Below, one piece after another: positions 23,097 to 43,673 of a stretch of 64,000 nucleotides of DNA (position 1 is the stretch's first letter; every line of letters starts with the position of its first letter). The translations under genes were made by a program, and so were the position numbers. The notes under the pieces were generated by a model. It saw only the letters and a list, made by a program, of their open reading frames with translations. It was not told the origin of the DNA and did no database searches. The DNA lies in NCBI GenBank assembly GCA_965240325.2, contig OZ251225.1, positions 124,001 to 188,000 on the forward strand, given 5' to 3'. The DNA comes from Rebecca billardiae RCC1528 (lineage: Eukaryota; Protista; Haptophyta).

Positions 23097-25031
23097 ATGC
23101 CGACTCGGGAAGAAGAAGCGAGGCTCGCCGCGCTCGAGGCGGCGCTCGAGCGCAAGGACGCCGAGATCCGTGAGCTCACGGCTCTGGTCGCGCGGCTGAC
23201 GCATGCCGTCGAGGCCCGAACGGATCCCCCCGCGTCTGCGTCGGCGCGGCCGCCAAACGGCACGCGGCCACGGCCGCAGACGGCACCGCAGCCGCAGCCG
23301 CCGCACCGCTCGGGTGCGCGGCGGCCGCGGGCTGCAGGATCGACGGCGGGTGCGCACACGCCGCGCCAATGGCGCTCCGCGGAGCCGCGCCCGGGCACGG
23401 GCGGGCGCGTCGCGATGCGCAGCACGCACGCCGTGCGCGCCGTCCCGCCGCCCCTGTCGCCTCCGGTCGAGGTGCCGCCGACGCGCGCGGCGTCCGAGGA
23501 CATTGCCGAGGCGATCGCCGCGATGGGCGTGCCCGACGAGGCGTTCGTCACGCTCTTCTGCTGCTCGCTCGTCTGCCGCGCGTGGCGCCGCCCCTTCGCC
23601 GAGCGGCTGCGCTCGCTGCCCGGCCGCATCGCCGAGCGCATCGGCGCGCTCGGCAGCCGCGCGGACTCGGCCGCCGTCGTGGACGCGCACGAGCGCGCGG
23701 CGCGCGACGCGGACGCGCTCGCGCCGGGCGCGCTCGACCGCGTGGCCGCGCTCGTGCGCCCGCAGCCGCTCTCGCGCGAGGTCGTGATCTCGCTCTTCGC
23801 GCTCCTGGCGCCGGCCGAGCTGCGGCCGCTGCTGGCCGTGTGCCCGCGCACGGGCGCGCTCAGGGTGTGCGGCGGCGTGGAGCAGCTGCGGCTGCGGTGG
23901 AAGGCGCGCACCGCGTGGGGCTGGGACGCGCGGGGCGAGCTGCTCGGCTTGATCCGGCGGTACGGCGGCTGCGGGCTCGGCCGGCAGCAGCTCGCCCTGC
24001 TCGCGCCGCTCATCGAGCGCCCCGCCGCGCCGGGCTCGACCGAGGCGCGCGTGGCGTCCGTGGTGCGAGCGCTGTGCGACGCGGCGTGGCGGCTGCAGCT
24101 GCACGCGGAGCGGCCGGTGGTGCCGCCCGCGGTGCGCGAGCTGTACGAGCTCGCGCAGCTGCTCGCGCACATCGCCGACGCGCAGGAGTACGTGCGCGCG
24201 CACCCGCACATCTGCCCGTTCACGCGGCGCCGCTTCCAGCGCCCCTCCGACCTCTCGAAGCACAAGGCGGCGCTGAGCGCGCACGAGCGCACGCAGCCGC
24301 TGGCCGTGAGGCTGGCCGCGCCGCCACGGGGGGTGGCGCGCGGCGCGAGCCCGCCCGCGCGTGGCCGGAGGCGCGAGGCCGACACGCAGCGCCCGGCCGG
24401 CACGGAGGCGGCCGCCGCCCACGCCGCGCTCGCCCACGTCGGCGGCGTGAGCATGGGCGTGGGCGTGGGCGTGAGCGTGAGCGTGGGCGCAGACGTGCGC
24501 GGGCCTGGGCCTGCGCTGGCAGAGCATGGCGCGCAGACGGAGCCGCCGCACGCGGAGGAGTCAGGCAGCGGGGCGGCGGGGCACGCGGGCACGGCGCCTC
24601 CGCCCGGCACGGCGCTGGCGCGGCCTGGCTCTGGCGTACCCGCCTGCTCGGCCGCCCCGGCTGGCGCGGAGCCATTGCCATCGGAAGCCACCGCAGCCCC
24701 GGGCACGCCCCTGGTCGCTGCCGCGCCCGCAGCGCAGCATCAGCCGGTTGATGCGCCGCCTGCGGCTGCGGGGAATGCCGGTGCACGCGGGGCGGCATCA
24801 GAGGCGGGTGAGAACATCGCGCCCCCTCGTCCATCGCCACCGGCCGCTGCGGATGATGAGGAGGATGGCGATGGCGGCGCGCTGACGAGGTCCAGTACTA
24901 CTGCATCGACGCCGCCGCGAGCATCAGCAGCAGCGCAGAGCAGCAGTCTCAGCCGGGGGGGCGCAGCCTCGTCCGCAGCGGCAGGCGGGCCGCCGCTGCC
25001 ACCGTCGTACTATTGGATGAGGCACGTCTGA
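23097..25031 (+). CDS. Hypothetical protein (N-terminal coiled coil, helical core, low-complexity C-terminus)
   Basis: Long ORF with protein-like core (EEEARLAALEAALERKDAEIRELTALV; ELYELAQLLAHIADAQEYV). Only weak F-box-like (CSLVCRAWR) and C2H2-like (ICPFTRRRFQRPSDLSKH) fragments. Confidence 0.6.
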   Translation: MPTREEEARLAALEAALERKDAEIRELTALVARLTHAVEARTDPPASASARPPNGTRPRPQTAPQPQPPHRSGARRPRAAGSTAGAHTPRQWRSAEPRPGTGGRVAMRSTHAVRAVPPPLSPPVEVPPTRAASEDIAEAIAAMGVPDEAFVTLFCCSLVCRAWRRPFAERLRSLPGRIAERIGALGSRADSAAVVDAHERAARDADALAPGALDRVAALVRPQPLSREVVISLFALLAPAELRPLLAVCPRTGALRVCGGVEQLRLRWKARTAWGWDARGELLGLIRRYGGCGLGRQQLALLAPLIERPAAPGSTEARVASVVRALCDAAWRLQLHAERPVVPPAVRELYELAQLLAHIADAQEYVRAHPHICPFTRRRFQRPSDLSKHKAALSAHERTQPLAVRLAAPPRGVARGASPPARGRRREADTQRPAGTEAAAAHAALAHVGGVSMGVGVGVSVSVGADVRGPGPALAEHGAQTEPPHAEESGSGAAGHAGTAPPPGTALARPGSGVPACSAAPAGAEPLPSEATAAPGTPLVAAAPAAQHQPVDAPPAAAGNAGARGAASEAGENIAPPRPSPPAAADDEEDGDGGALTRSSTTASTPPRASAAAQSSSLSRGGAASSAAAGGPPLPPSYYWMRHV

Positions 25032-26279
25032 TGATGCAGTGGTGATGATGATAGGCCAGTCTGGCTTCGGTTGACCCGCCCGTGCCGGCAGAGACGGGCG
25101 CAGCACGGCTCTCCGTATGAGCTTCATATATAGTCTGCTACTTCAATGTCTTCATGCGCCGTAAAAGACCGGTCTGAGCGAGGGGGGCGACGATTCAGAT
25201 CGTCCGGCCTACGGTCTCAACGGTCTGACTGCTGTAAATTCCCCGTTGATGAACCTCGCCTGATGTCTCGCGGTGAGCCTTTGCGCTATGGCTGCTGCTT
25301 GACGATGCTCGCGTATAAGAAGATGGCGGAGGCAAAGCCACGTATATACGAACTATACGCCCGGGCCGAAAGGCTCGGGCGTCCGCCCCCACACTCGTTC
25401 TGGTCGGGGGCCGCACTCAAAGCAAGGACGCATCAATGGGGGGAGCGGGAACCTCGGCGCCCGCGCTGCGCGCGCGCCGCGGTATAGTTTGCCAGCTGAG
25501 ACTTCAGACTAGCAGTGTTAACCTATCCGCGACTATAATGGGCAGCAACCGCAAGCGCCGCGCACAGTCAGTGATCGAGCTCCACCGGACTCAGACACGT
25601 TTTGACTGACGACACGCTCAGCGACGCGCTCGGGCTCGTCGTCCGGGAAGCCGGAAGACCAACAGCACCGAGGGGTCACGGCGCGACAGCACACAGGGCG
25701 GCAGCTAGTCGGCGGGACGTACGGCATTAGCGGCTCCATCAACCGAGTTGGCGAGCGCGCGGTGGCAGCGGCGCGATGTCGACTGTCGTCGCACCTGCAA
25801 CGCCCTGCTAATCAGGCACGGCGGCCGCACCGCGCTGCTGGCCACGCCCCTGGCTCGTGCCGCGCCGCCGCAGCGGCCGCGCACTTGCCGCTTGCACTGG
25901 CGCAACGAGTACTGGCGTGGCGTGCGGCAGCGCGGTGGCACTCGGGGCGATGACGTTGCTGACGATGATGATGACGCGACGAGTAGTAGAGGTTATTATA
26001 TATATGACCGCGTTCCGCGGTCCTTCCGTAGAACCAACGCAGTTAGGGGCCCGCGGTGCACCCTCCGTCGGCTGCTGTCTCAGTCGGACATGTGTAACAG
26101 TTCGTTTGCCTCGGAGCTGCCACCGCCACAACTCAGTTACCGCCCACCGGGCCGGCGGGCCGAGGACTGTCGCCGGCGGGCCGCCGCGCGGGGAAGCGGC
26201 CGCCGCGGGGCGGCGCGCGCGCGCAGGCAGGGCGATAGGCGCCGCGCGGCGCGGGCCAGCGCGTGCGCGCGTGCGGGCG

Positions 26280-27229
26280 CACAGTCTGCTTGACGTGCTC
26301 GCGCGGCGCCATGCGCTCGACGATGGGCCGCTGGTCGCTCACTCAGCCGGCGCACCTCGTGCCGGCAGACGGAGCGAGAGCGCGCGCCGCGCAGTGCTGC
26401 CCCGGCCTGCGCTGCCGGCAGCCGCACACCGAGACCGAGCGGAGCTCGGGGTGGAACGAGGCGAGCGGCGCGTCGCGCCTGCCGCCGCGCGTGCGCGCCT
26501 GCTCCACCGCGCCGCCGTGCTCGCCCGCCGCCTCCTCCGCCGCGTCGGCCTCGAAGACGGCTGCGGCGGCCCGAGCCAGCGGCACGGGCTGAGCCCGTGC
26601 GCGCTGGCGCCCGGCGCCGATCGCCTCGACGGCCGTCTACTCCACAGCTGGCTGCTCGAGCTGCTGCACGGGGCGTCGCGACGAGGGCGCCACGCGCGCC
26701 CAGCGCGTCCGTCTCCGCGTCGCGCAGCGCGTCGAGCTCGGCGCCGCGCTTCGCCAGCTCGGCGCCCAGCGCCTCCGCACTCGCAGTTGGCATGCGCGAG
26801 CGTGCTCAAGCTGCTCGCGTGTGCCGCGTGTGCACTGGGCGCGGCGGCGGGTGCGCTGTGCGCCGCCGACACGTCCGCAGCGCGCGCCGCGCTCGGCGCC
26901 GCGCTCGGCGCGCTGCACGCCGCGGGCGCGGGCGGGCGCGCGGCGGCGTGGGCACGAGGGCTGTCCGTGCTGTGCGCGGAGCTCGGCGCCGCCGGCGCGG
27001 GCGCGTGCCACGCGGCGCTGCTCGAGCTGCCGGCGGGTGCGCAGCTGCGCGCGCTCGGAGGGCTGCTCGGCACCGCGCTGAGCGCCGCGCGCCCGCCCGC
27101 CGGCGCCACGCCGGCCGGCGCGCTCTGGCGCCGTCGTGCTGTTCCGCGAGCACCTGCGCGGCGCCGCGCTGGCGGAGGCGCTGGCGCACGGCGGCGGCGC
27201 GGACGACGAGGAGGATGAGGAGACGATGA
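26280..27229 (+). pseudogene. Possible fragmented or intron-containing coding sequence of unknown function
   Basis: Host-like Ala/Leu-rich helical peptides (LLHSWLLELLHG; QLACASVLKLLAC...) after an acceptor-like tcgcag at ~26786, but frames shift and no clean start is visible. Confidence 0.25.
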
Positions 27230-28674
27230 AGATGAGCAGGGCGAGGGCGGCGGACCGTGGGCCGGCACGCCACACGTCTACCGATGATGCTCGGGCGCCG
27301 AACGAAGGCCAGCGCCAGACGCATATGCCTGCGGGTTGAAGGCCAAAGCTCCTTTCGCCCGCTCGAAAGTGAAGGTTGTCTCGTTTGCTGTGTGCTGATT
27401 GGTGGTCGTCTTTCTATGGGTCGTAACCAAGCCGCTGCGTTTTTGTCAATAGCAAAGTTGGCATGGGCGAAGAGCAAACATCATAGTAAATGCGTGAGTG
27501 ATTCTCGGTTTTCGAGTCTCTCCGCTCGCTGCGCGCTGATTGGTCGTTGTGCAGCTAACCCAAGGTTTTTAGTACACAGGTTGGTAGGAGTTGTGTTGTG
27601 TCGATATGGAATTGTGGACATGGAATGCTGAGCGTTTGACCAATCAACGTCTCGGAAAAAAGGACGAAACATGACTCACACGTGTGAGTACTCCCGATCT
27701 CCGGGAGATATGGCCATTTCCGCCCACTGGGGTCATTCAGGTGTAAAGTTGAGTAATTTGGCAGCGCGCAATAAAGGTTCGTCGTTAGTAAAGTTGAGTA
27801 CTTGACGAAGACTTTTTGCCAGGAGCCCAGGACCTCCAGCGCACGCGCTGGGTCCTCGTCCTATTCGGCAATATGCTATGAAGATTTACAACAAATCGCA
27901 GATTCGTTCACCCAGATATACTGACAAATGCACGTCCGTCCATCGACATATGCGAAATGGCCCGGGCGCGGCTATTTCGTCAATCGCGTCTTGCTAATGC
28001 AGAGCAATGGGCGAATGTACCCCTCGAAAAAGCGAAAACTCACCCTCCAACAGCCCTCAAAATCGTCCCCCGTCCCCTTTTCTTTGATCAAAAGATCTGC
28101 TTTTTGACAACGTAGTGAGGGCCCCCGGCGGGGCTCCACGCTACGCGCTCCGCCCTGCACCGCGGGCCATTATACATTGCTCCGCCGCCAGTATCATGTT
28201 TAAGAGTACGTACGCGGCGCCGTCATGGTGATGACATATGGTCATCCGTCATGAATCATCAGCGCAGCGCATCAAATATGCTGCTGATGATGCGATTCAT
28301 CATGTATATATCATCAATCATGCAGACTCAGTGGAGCTCACCCGCGCCATTAGGGCGCCATCGAAGATACTAGCTACGCTAGTGTATCTTCCCCGGTGCC
28401 AACAATAAGGGAATAAAATATATATGCGCTATACCACTATAGCAGCAGCAGCGAGACTGCGCGGGATGAGTCGTACGTCGTATAGCTTATATATATCCCC
28501 TCTTAGACCACAGTGTCTAACGAGAACTTTAGTCGGGCCAACCGCGTCGGCGGCCCTTATTGGCAACATAGCCACTGACGGCCTGGTAGAGGCCGGCAGT
28601 ATGAGTAAGGCAGGATCCAGGCGGAGGCTCTCACCAGAGTTGGCGGCGTGTAGTCACTTATAATATTAATATTA

Positions 28675-30219
28675 TAAACTGTGCCCTGGCGGGCGGGGGG
28701 GGGTCGGCGGGCCGTGCCAGTGCTGTCGCAATGTATCCTTTGCGGGGTCGCGTCTTTCCACATTCACTCGTGGTTGTGGGTGACGGACAGTCGAGTGCAA
28801 GGACCAGTGACACGTGAAGTTGGCTCCCCGACGTGATGTACACACGTCTCACGGTCTCAGTACTCTTAGAGCAGTAGTTGCAGTATGCGCATCAGCGAGG
28901 CCCACACCCACGAGGGAATGTGCAGCACGCGGGGCGGGGCGGGTAGCCCGTTGCTCCGCGCGAGCGCGGGTACGCGCTGTATGTGCCGCATCTCGACCGC
29001 GATGGCGTAATCGAGCGCCTCGCCGCCGACGAAGCCGCCAGAGTAGATCATGTGCATGTCCTCCTGCTGCCAGCCGAGAGCGGTCGTCGCGAGGATGCTT
29101 GTCGATGTCGGCTCCAGGCATGATGGGCTCGGCGCAGGTCGCGTTGACGTCGTACACGGCCACCACGCTGAGCACGAGCGCGTTGACGTCACGCGGTCGT
29201 CGCTCTTCGCATCTTCGACAGGTCTGGCGCTCGCGTGCTCGGCGGCACGAGGAGCTGTTGGTTGTGCGCGCGCGCGCGCACAGCGACAGCGTGTGCCACT
29301 CGCGATCGAGAGTGGGCAAGCGCTGCGCACGCAGGCACACGAATCGCAGCGCATCCGTCACCGGCGTGACGACTTCCGCCTCGTCCCGCAGCGCCTGCGC
29401 CATGGACGAGGCCATGGCGCGGCGATGTTGCATGCTCGACGATTCATCTCTCTGCGGATGGCATCACGGGCTTGTCTGTGTCGCGCTGCGGCGAGGGTCG
29501 CCAACTCGCTATGACGCGGTTGCTGCCACGGCGACAGACCCGGGAGGTGCGTCCGCTGCGCGTCGTACGCCGTTGGCGCTGCGCTTCCGTCGCATTGGTC
29601 ACCGTCGACGCCATGCACGCCGGACGTGGACTTCGGCTGGGAGCCACCGCGAGCGACAGTCCGGTGCGCGCGGATTCCGGCGATCGAGTTCAGAAGGCCG
29701 CGCCAAATCTTGCGTCGCGTGCGCCCGCGAGACCCCTCGTGATGAGGGCTTTCTCGCACCGAGCCCGACGCGCGACGGTGGATCGCGCGAGGCGGTCATC
29801 ATGCGCAGCGCATGATGCTATGGCCGGTGCGAGCTTTCGACGTGCACGTCGGGCGAGGATCGCCCCAGGTCGCACGATCGTGTCGACGCGCCGAGCGTAC
29901 CGCTCCAAACGCGTCGATTTAGCCCCCGTTCGACCTGCACGCGAGACGACGAGGGCAGCAATCGCGAATCGGGCGAAAATCCCCCTCGGGAGTCTTCTCA
30001 CGATGTCCGCGCCGGCGTTGGATTTGGCGCGCGCGGCCCACGCGCTCCGCGCCATGGCCAAGATGGTTTTCGGCCGAGCGTCCCCAGTGGGAGCTGCGAG
30101 GGCGCCCGGTAGTGAGCGAAGCGATTTTCTTTTCTCTGCGAGGCGATTTTCTTTTTTTCTTTTTCTTTTCTTATCTTTTTCCCGGGCACTACAAGGGGCG
30201 GACCTACGGCCCGCCATAT
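28675..30219. mobile_element. Non-autonomous DNA element, copy A (~1.55 kb), TA-flanked, with Ulp1-protease-like remnant on the minus strand
   Basis: Colinear with 39111-40691 and 63404-64000. Left end TAAACTGTGCCCTGGCGGGC..., right end ...GACCTACGGCCCGCCATATA; both ends abut TA-rich sequence. Coding remnant is frameshifted. Confidence 0.85.
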
Positions 30220-39054
<8,835 letters not shown>

Positions 39055-39110
39055 AATATATAATATATATTAAGTCAGGGTCAGACTTCAGTACCAGTAT
39101 TGTTAATATA

Positions 39111-40691
39111 TAAACTGTGCCCTGGCGGGCGGGGGGGTCGGCGGGCCGTGCCAGTGCTGTCGCAATGTATCCTCTGCGGGTTCGCGTCTTTCCACATTCG
39201 CTCGTGGCCGTGGGTGACGGACAGTCGAGTGCAAGGACCAGTGACACGTGAAGTTGGCTCCCCGACGTGTAGTGAGGTGCTGTACAAGTCTCACAGTAGT
39301 CTCTACTCTTCATGCGCATCAGCGAGGCCCACACCCACGAGGGAATGTGCAGCACGCGGGGCGGGGCGGGTAGCCCGTTACTCCGCGCGAGCGCGGGTAC
39401 GCGATGTATGTGCCCCATCTCGACCGCGATGGCGTAATCGAGCGCCTCATTCGCCGCCGACGAAGCCGCCAGAGTAGACTGTGTGCATGTCCTCCTCGGC
39501 CGCCAGCCGAGAGCGGTCGTCGAGAGGATGCTTGCCGATGTCCGCTCCGGGCATGATGGGCTCGGCGCAGGTCGCGTTGACGTCGTACACGGCCGCCACG
39601 CTGAGCACGAGCGCGTTGACGTTCACGCGGTCGTCGCTCTTCGCCTTTTCGAAGGTCTGGCGCCCGCGTGTTTGGCGGCACGAGGAGCTGTTGGTTGTGC
39701 GCGCGCGCGCGCACAGCGACAGCGTGTGCCACTCGCGATCGAGATTGGGCACGAGCTGCTCACGCAGGCACACGAATCGCAGCGCATCCGTCACCGGCGT
39801 GACGACGTCCGCCTCGTCACGCAGCGCCTGCGCCATGGACGAGGATGGCGCGGCGATGTTGCATGCTCAACGATTCATCTCTTTGCGGATGGCATCACGG
39901 GCTTGTCTGCGTCGCGCTGCGGCGAGGGTCGCCAACTCGCAAAGACGCGGTTGCTGTCACGCCGACAGACCCCGGAGGTGCGTCCGCTGCGCGTCGTACG
40001 CCGTTGGCGCTGCGCTTCCGTCGCATTGGTCACCGTCGATGCCATGCAGGCCGGACGTGGGCTTCGGCTGAGGGACCGGACCGCGAGCAATGACTGAGTC
40101 CGGTGCGCGGATTCCGGCGATCGAGTTCAGAAGGCCGCGCCAAATCTTGCGTCGCGTGCGATGGCGCTTCCCGCCCGCGAGACGCCTCGTGATGAGGGCT
40201 TTCTCGCACCGAGCCCGACGCGCGGCGGTGGATCGCGCGAGGCGGTCATCGTGCGCAGCGCATGATGCTATGGCCGGTGCGAGCTTTCGACGTGCACGTC
40301 GGGCGAGGATCGCCCCAGGTCGCACGATCGTGTCGACGCGCCGAGCGTACCGCTCCAAACGGGTCGATTTGGGTCCCGTTCGACCTGCACGCGAGACGAC
40401 GAGGGCAGCAATCGCGAATCGGGCGAAAACCCCCCTCGGGAGTCCTCTCACGATGTCCGCGCCGGCGTTTGATTCGGCGCGCGCCGCCCACGCGCTCCGC
40501 GCCATGGCCAAGATGGTTTTCGGCCGAGCGTCCCCAGTGGGAGCTGCGAGGGCGCCCGGTAGTGAGCGAAGCGACCCGGCAGTGAGCGAGGCGATTTTCT
40601 TTTCTTTGCGAGGCGATTTTCTTTTTTCATTTTCTTTTTCTTATCTTTTTCCCGGGCACTACAAGGGGCGGACCTACGGCCCGCCATATAT
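39111..40691. mobile_element. Non-autonomous DNA element, copy B (~1.58 kb)
   Basis: Same termini and colinear body as copy A, with scattered substitutions and indels; TATA at both junctions. Confidence 0.87.
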
Positions 40692-41421
40692 AACTGCTAC
40701 GACTAATAACTAGCAGTCAGCCACTCAGCCAGCGGCTAGTGAGCCAGACACTGCGCCGCGTGCGCCGCGCGCGCGCGCGAGACGGAGAGACTCCATTCGG
40801 CGGACCGTTGCTGGCAGCCAAGGCCCGCAAGGGCGGCCCAGTAGGCAGCCGAACGCGTGAGGCCTCGGAGAGAGGTAGCTGGCAAATGGAACATCCAGGA
40901 CGTACAAACGTACTCGGATGCAGCCGTACGGGCAATACGTATGATGCAGAGGTACACTGTCGCGCGACAGGAAGTGTGAAGTACGGTCAGTCATCGCCGC
41001 CGCGCGCGCGCGCGCGCGCCAGTGCAGAAGTGAGAGGACAGGCGGAGCCGGGACCAAACGCGGAGCCCACGAAGGCAGAGGCTCGCGTGCGACACACGAG
41101 GATCACACGCCGCGCGAGGACCGTGGCCGGGTGCGGCCCCCGAGCAGCGGGCAGAGGCGACCCATCGACGGTCGCCGCACTGGCAGCCATCGTCCTGCGG
41201 CGTGAAGTCTCCCGGCCGGGCGCGCCCCCTGCGCCGCGCCCCTGGCAGCGCGGAGCGTGGACGGGCGCGGGTTTGCGCCTCGCGCCGGCGCATCTGGGGC
41301 GCGTGCCCGTCGAAGAGCACGTGTTTGCGTCGCGCTTCGAAGGAGGGGGCTGGCAGCTCTTGTGAAGGAGGGCTCGCAAGACGAGCAAGGGTCGCCTCCT
41401 TCCGCACAGGAATCAAAGCTC

Positions 41422-41426
<5 letters not shown>

Positions 41427-41500
<74 letters not shown>
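41427..41500. repeat. (TA)37 microsatellite
   Basis: 74 nt of perfect TA at the right edge of the element cluster. Confidence 0.97.
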
Positions 41501-41504
<4 letters not shown>

Positions 41505-41614
41505 CGGCGCTGCCTGCCGGCGGGCACTTGGCGGTACCGCGCCCGTGTCGGGCCGCGGCGGGGCCGGCGGCCCGTGACACGAGCCCGTGACGGCCGCCGC
41601 GCGGGCACGTAGTA

Positions 41615-43638
41615 CTAGGCGGACAAGCCGGCGCCGCCAAACACCCACTGCAAGCAGCGGCCGGCGAGCGACGCGAGCGCCTCGTTGATCGCGTCGCCCA
41701 CGGACGCGCCAAAGTGCACCGTGCGCCGCGCAGCGGACTCAGCGCCGAGGCGCGTGAGCGTGAGCAGCGGCTCGACGAGCGCGAGCCGCTGCGCCTCGGC
41801 GAGGCCCCAGCTGAGCATCATGCGCCGCGTCTTGGCGCGGCCGAAGCGGTAGCCGTACGCGAGTGCGGAGAGGCAGCACGCGCACACCGTCACCACCGAG
41901 ATGAGCCAGCCGAAAGCCGTGCGCACGCGCGCGCCGCACGACGCGCCGCATGCCAGCCGCGCGAGGCGCGGCGCCCACGCCTGCGCGCGCGCCGCGCGCC
42001 GCGCGCTCGCGCGCGCCTCCGCGTCCACGCGCGCCGCGTACCAGCCGCACAGCGCGCGGAACGAGACGGCGCCGCCCGCGCCCGCCTCCGTCTCGTCGGC
42101 CGCAAGCCTTGCGACCGCGCGCGCCGCGAGCCGCTTGCCAAAGCCGAGCTCCTCGAGGAAGCGGCGCGCGGCGGCCGGGTGCACACAGCCGGTGAGCATC
42201 GGGTCTGTGAGGACGAAGCGGTAGCGCAGCAGCGAGGCGGACGCGGAGTCGAGGCCGTACGTGTGCGGCGCGGAGAGGACGGAGACGGAGGCGAGGCTCT
42301 CGGCCGTCAGCTCGGACGCCTCCGCCACCGAGACGCCGTCCGTGCCGCGCGTGAGCTGCGTGCCCAGCTCCGCGCTCAGCGAGGAGAGACGCGCGGCGCG
42401 CAGCGCGGGCGGCGCGGGCGAGAGCCCCGCCGCGCGCCGCCGCTCCGCCTCGGTCGGCGCCTCGAAGCGCGAGCTCGCCGAGGGCACGTACTGCTGCAGG
42501 GACTGCTGCTGCTGCGCGAGCGGTGCAGAGAGCGGTGCAGAGAGCGGTGCAGAGACGGGGCGCACGCGCGCCGGCGACTCGGCCGACACGCTCGAGCCGC
42601 GGCGCTGCGCCTCGAGCTGCGAGCGGCCAGGGGGCGAGGGCAGGACCAGCTGCTGACGCCCGCCGCTTGCGCGCGAGCGCCGCCACTCGCCGCCCGCCGT
42701 ACCCGGCGGCGGCGGCGGCGGTGGCGGCGCGCAGCTCGAGCGCAGGGGCACGACGCGGTCCTCAGCGCCGCGCTCGGCGGCGGGCGGCGGCGGCGCAGGC
42801 GGTGGCGGCGAGCGCGGCGGCGAGCGCGGCGACGCGCTGGCGGCTACGCACGCCACCCACTCGGGTAGCGGCGAGGCTGCGGCCGAGCCACCGCCCGAGC
42901 CCGACCCCGCGACCACGCCCGGCTGCCCCGGCTGCCCCGGCTGCCCCGCGCACGCGTGTGGCGAGGAGCGGCCAGAGAGCCGGGGCGATGCCCACGCGAG
43001 CGTGACGCTGGACGAGCCACCGCCTGAGCGAGAGGAGAAGCGCGGGGCGAGGCTGCGCATGCCGCTGCTGGGCGCGCGCGAGGAGGAGGAGAGGCAGCTC
43101 CCGCGCTCAGCGCGGTGGTGCAGCCCGCTGCCCTGGCTGCCCGACCCTTCGGGCGAGTCGAACGCGCGGGCGAAACCGACGTGGGCGCGCGCCCGCGCCG
43201 GCGACGCGCCCGCGCGCACGCCCGCGCCCGCGCCTGATGCCCCGCCGCGCGGCTCGCGCGGCGTGCTGCTCAGGCTGCTGAGCGTGAGCCCGGGCTGCGG
43301 CGGGGAGAGGCAAGCGGGCAGCGCCGACGCGTGCTCGATCGGCGGGAGCACCCGCGGACGCCGCGCCGCGCCCGCGGGCGGCGTGCCTGGGCAGCTGCAC
43401 CCTCCGCCCTGCAGACACGCCGGCTGCCGCACAGCAAACCGCAGCGGCGCGCCGGGCGCGGCGGCCCGGTGCGTGCGCGGGGGAGAGCGCGGCTGCCGCG
43501 CAAGGGGCGTGCTGCGCGGCACGAGAGCGGAGCCGCGGCGCGCGGCGCGCGCAGTGTGCTCGAGCATGCGTGCCGTGTGCTCGCGCAGCGCACGCTCCGT
43601 GAGCGCGCTCGGCACCGAGCCGAGCGCACTCGCCGGCG

Positions 43639-43673
<35 letters not shown>

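Noticed and set aside
25146-25487. Short protein-like ORF (KKMAEAKPRIYELYARAERLG)
   Set aside because: No recognisable motif or gene structure; too little support to call.
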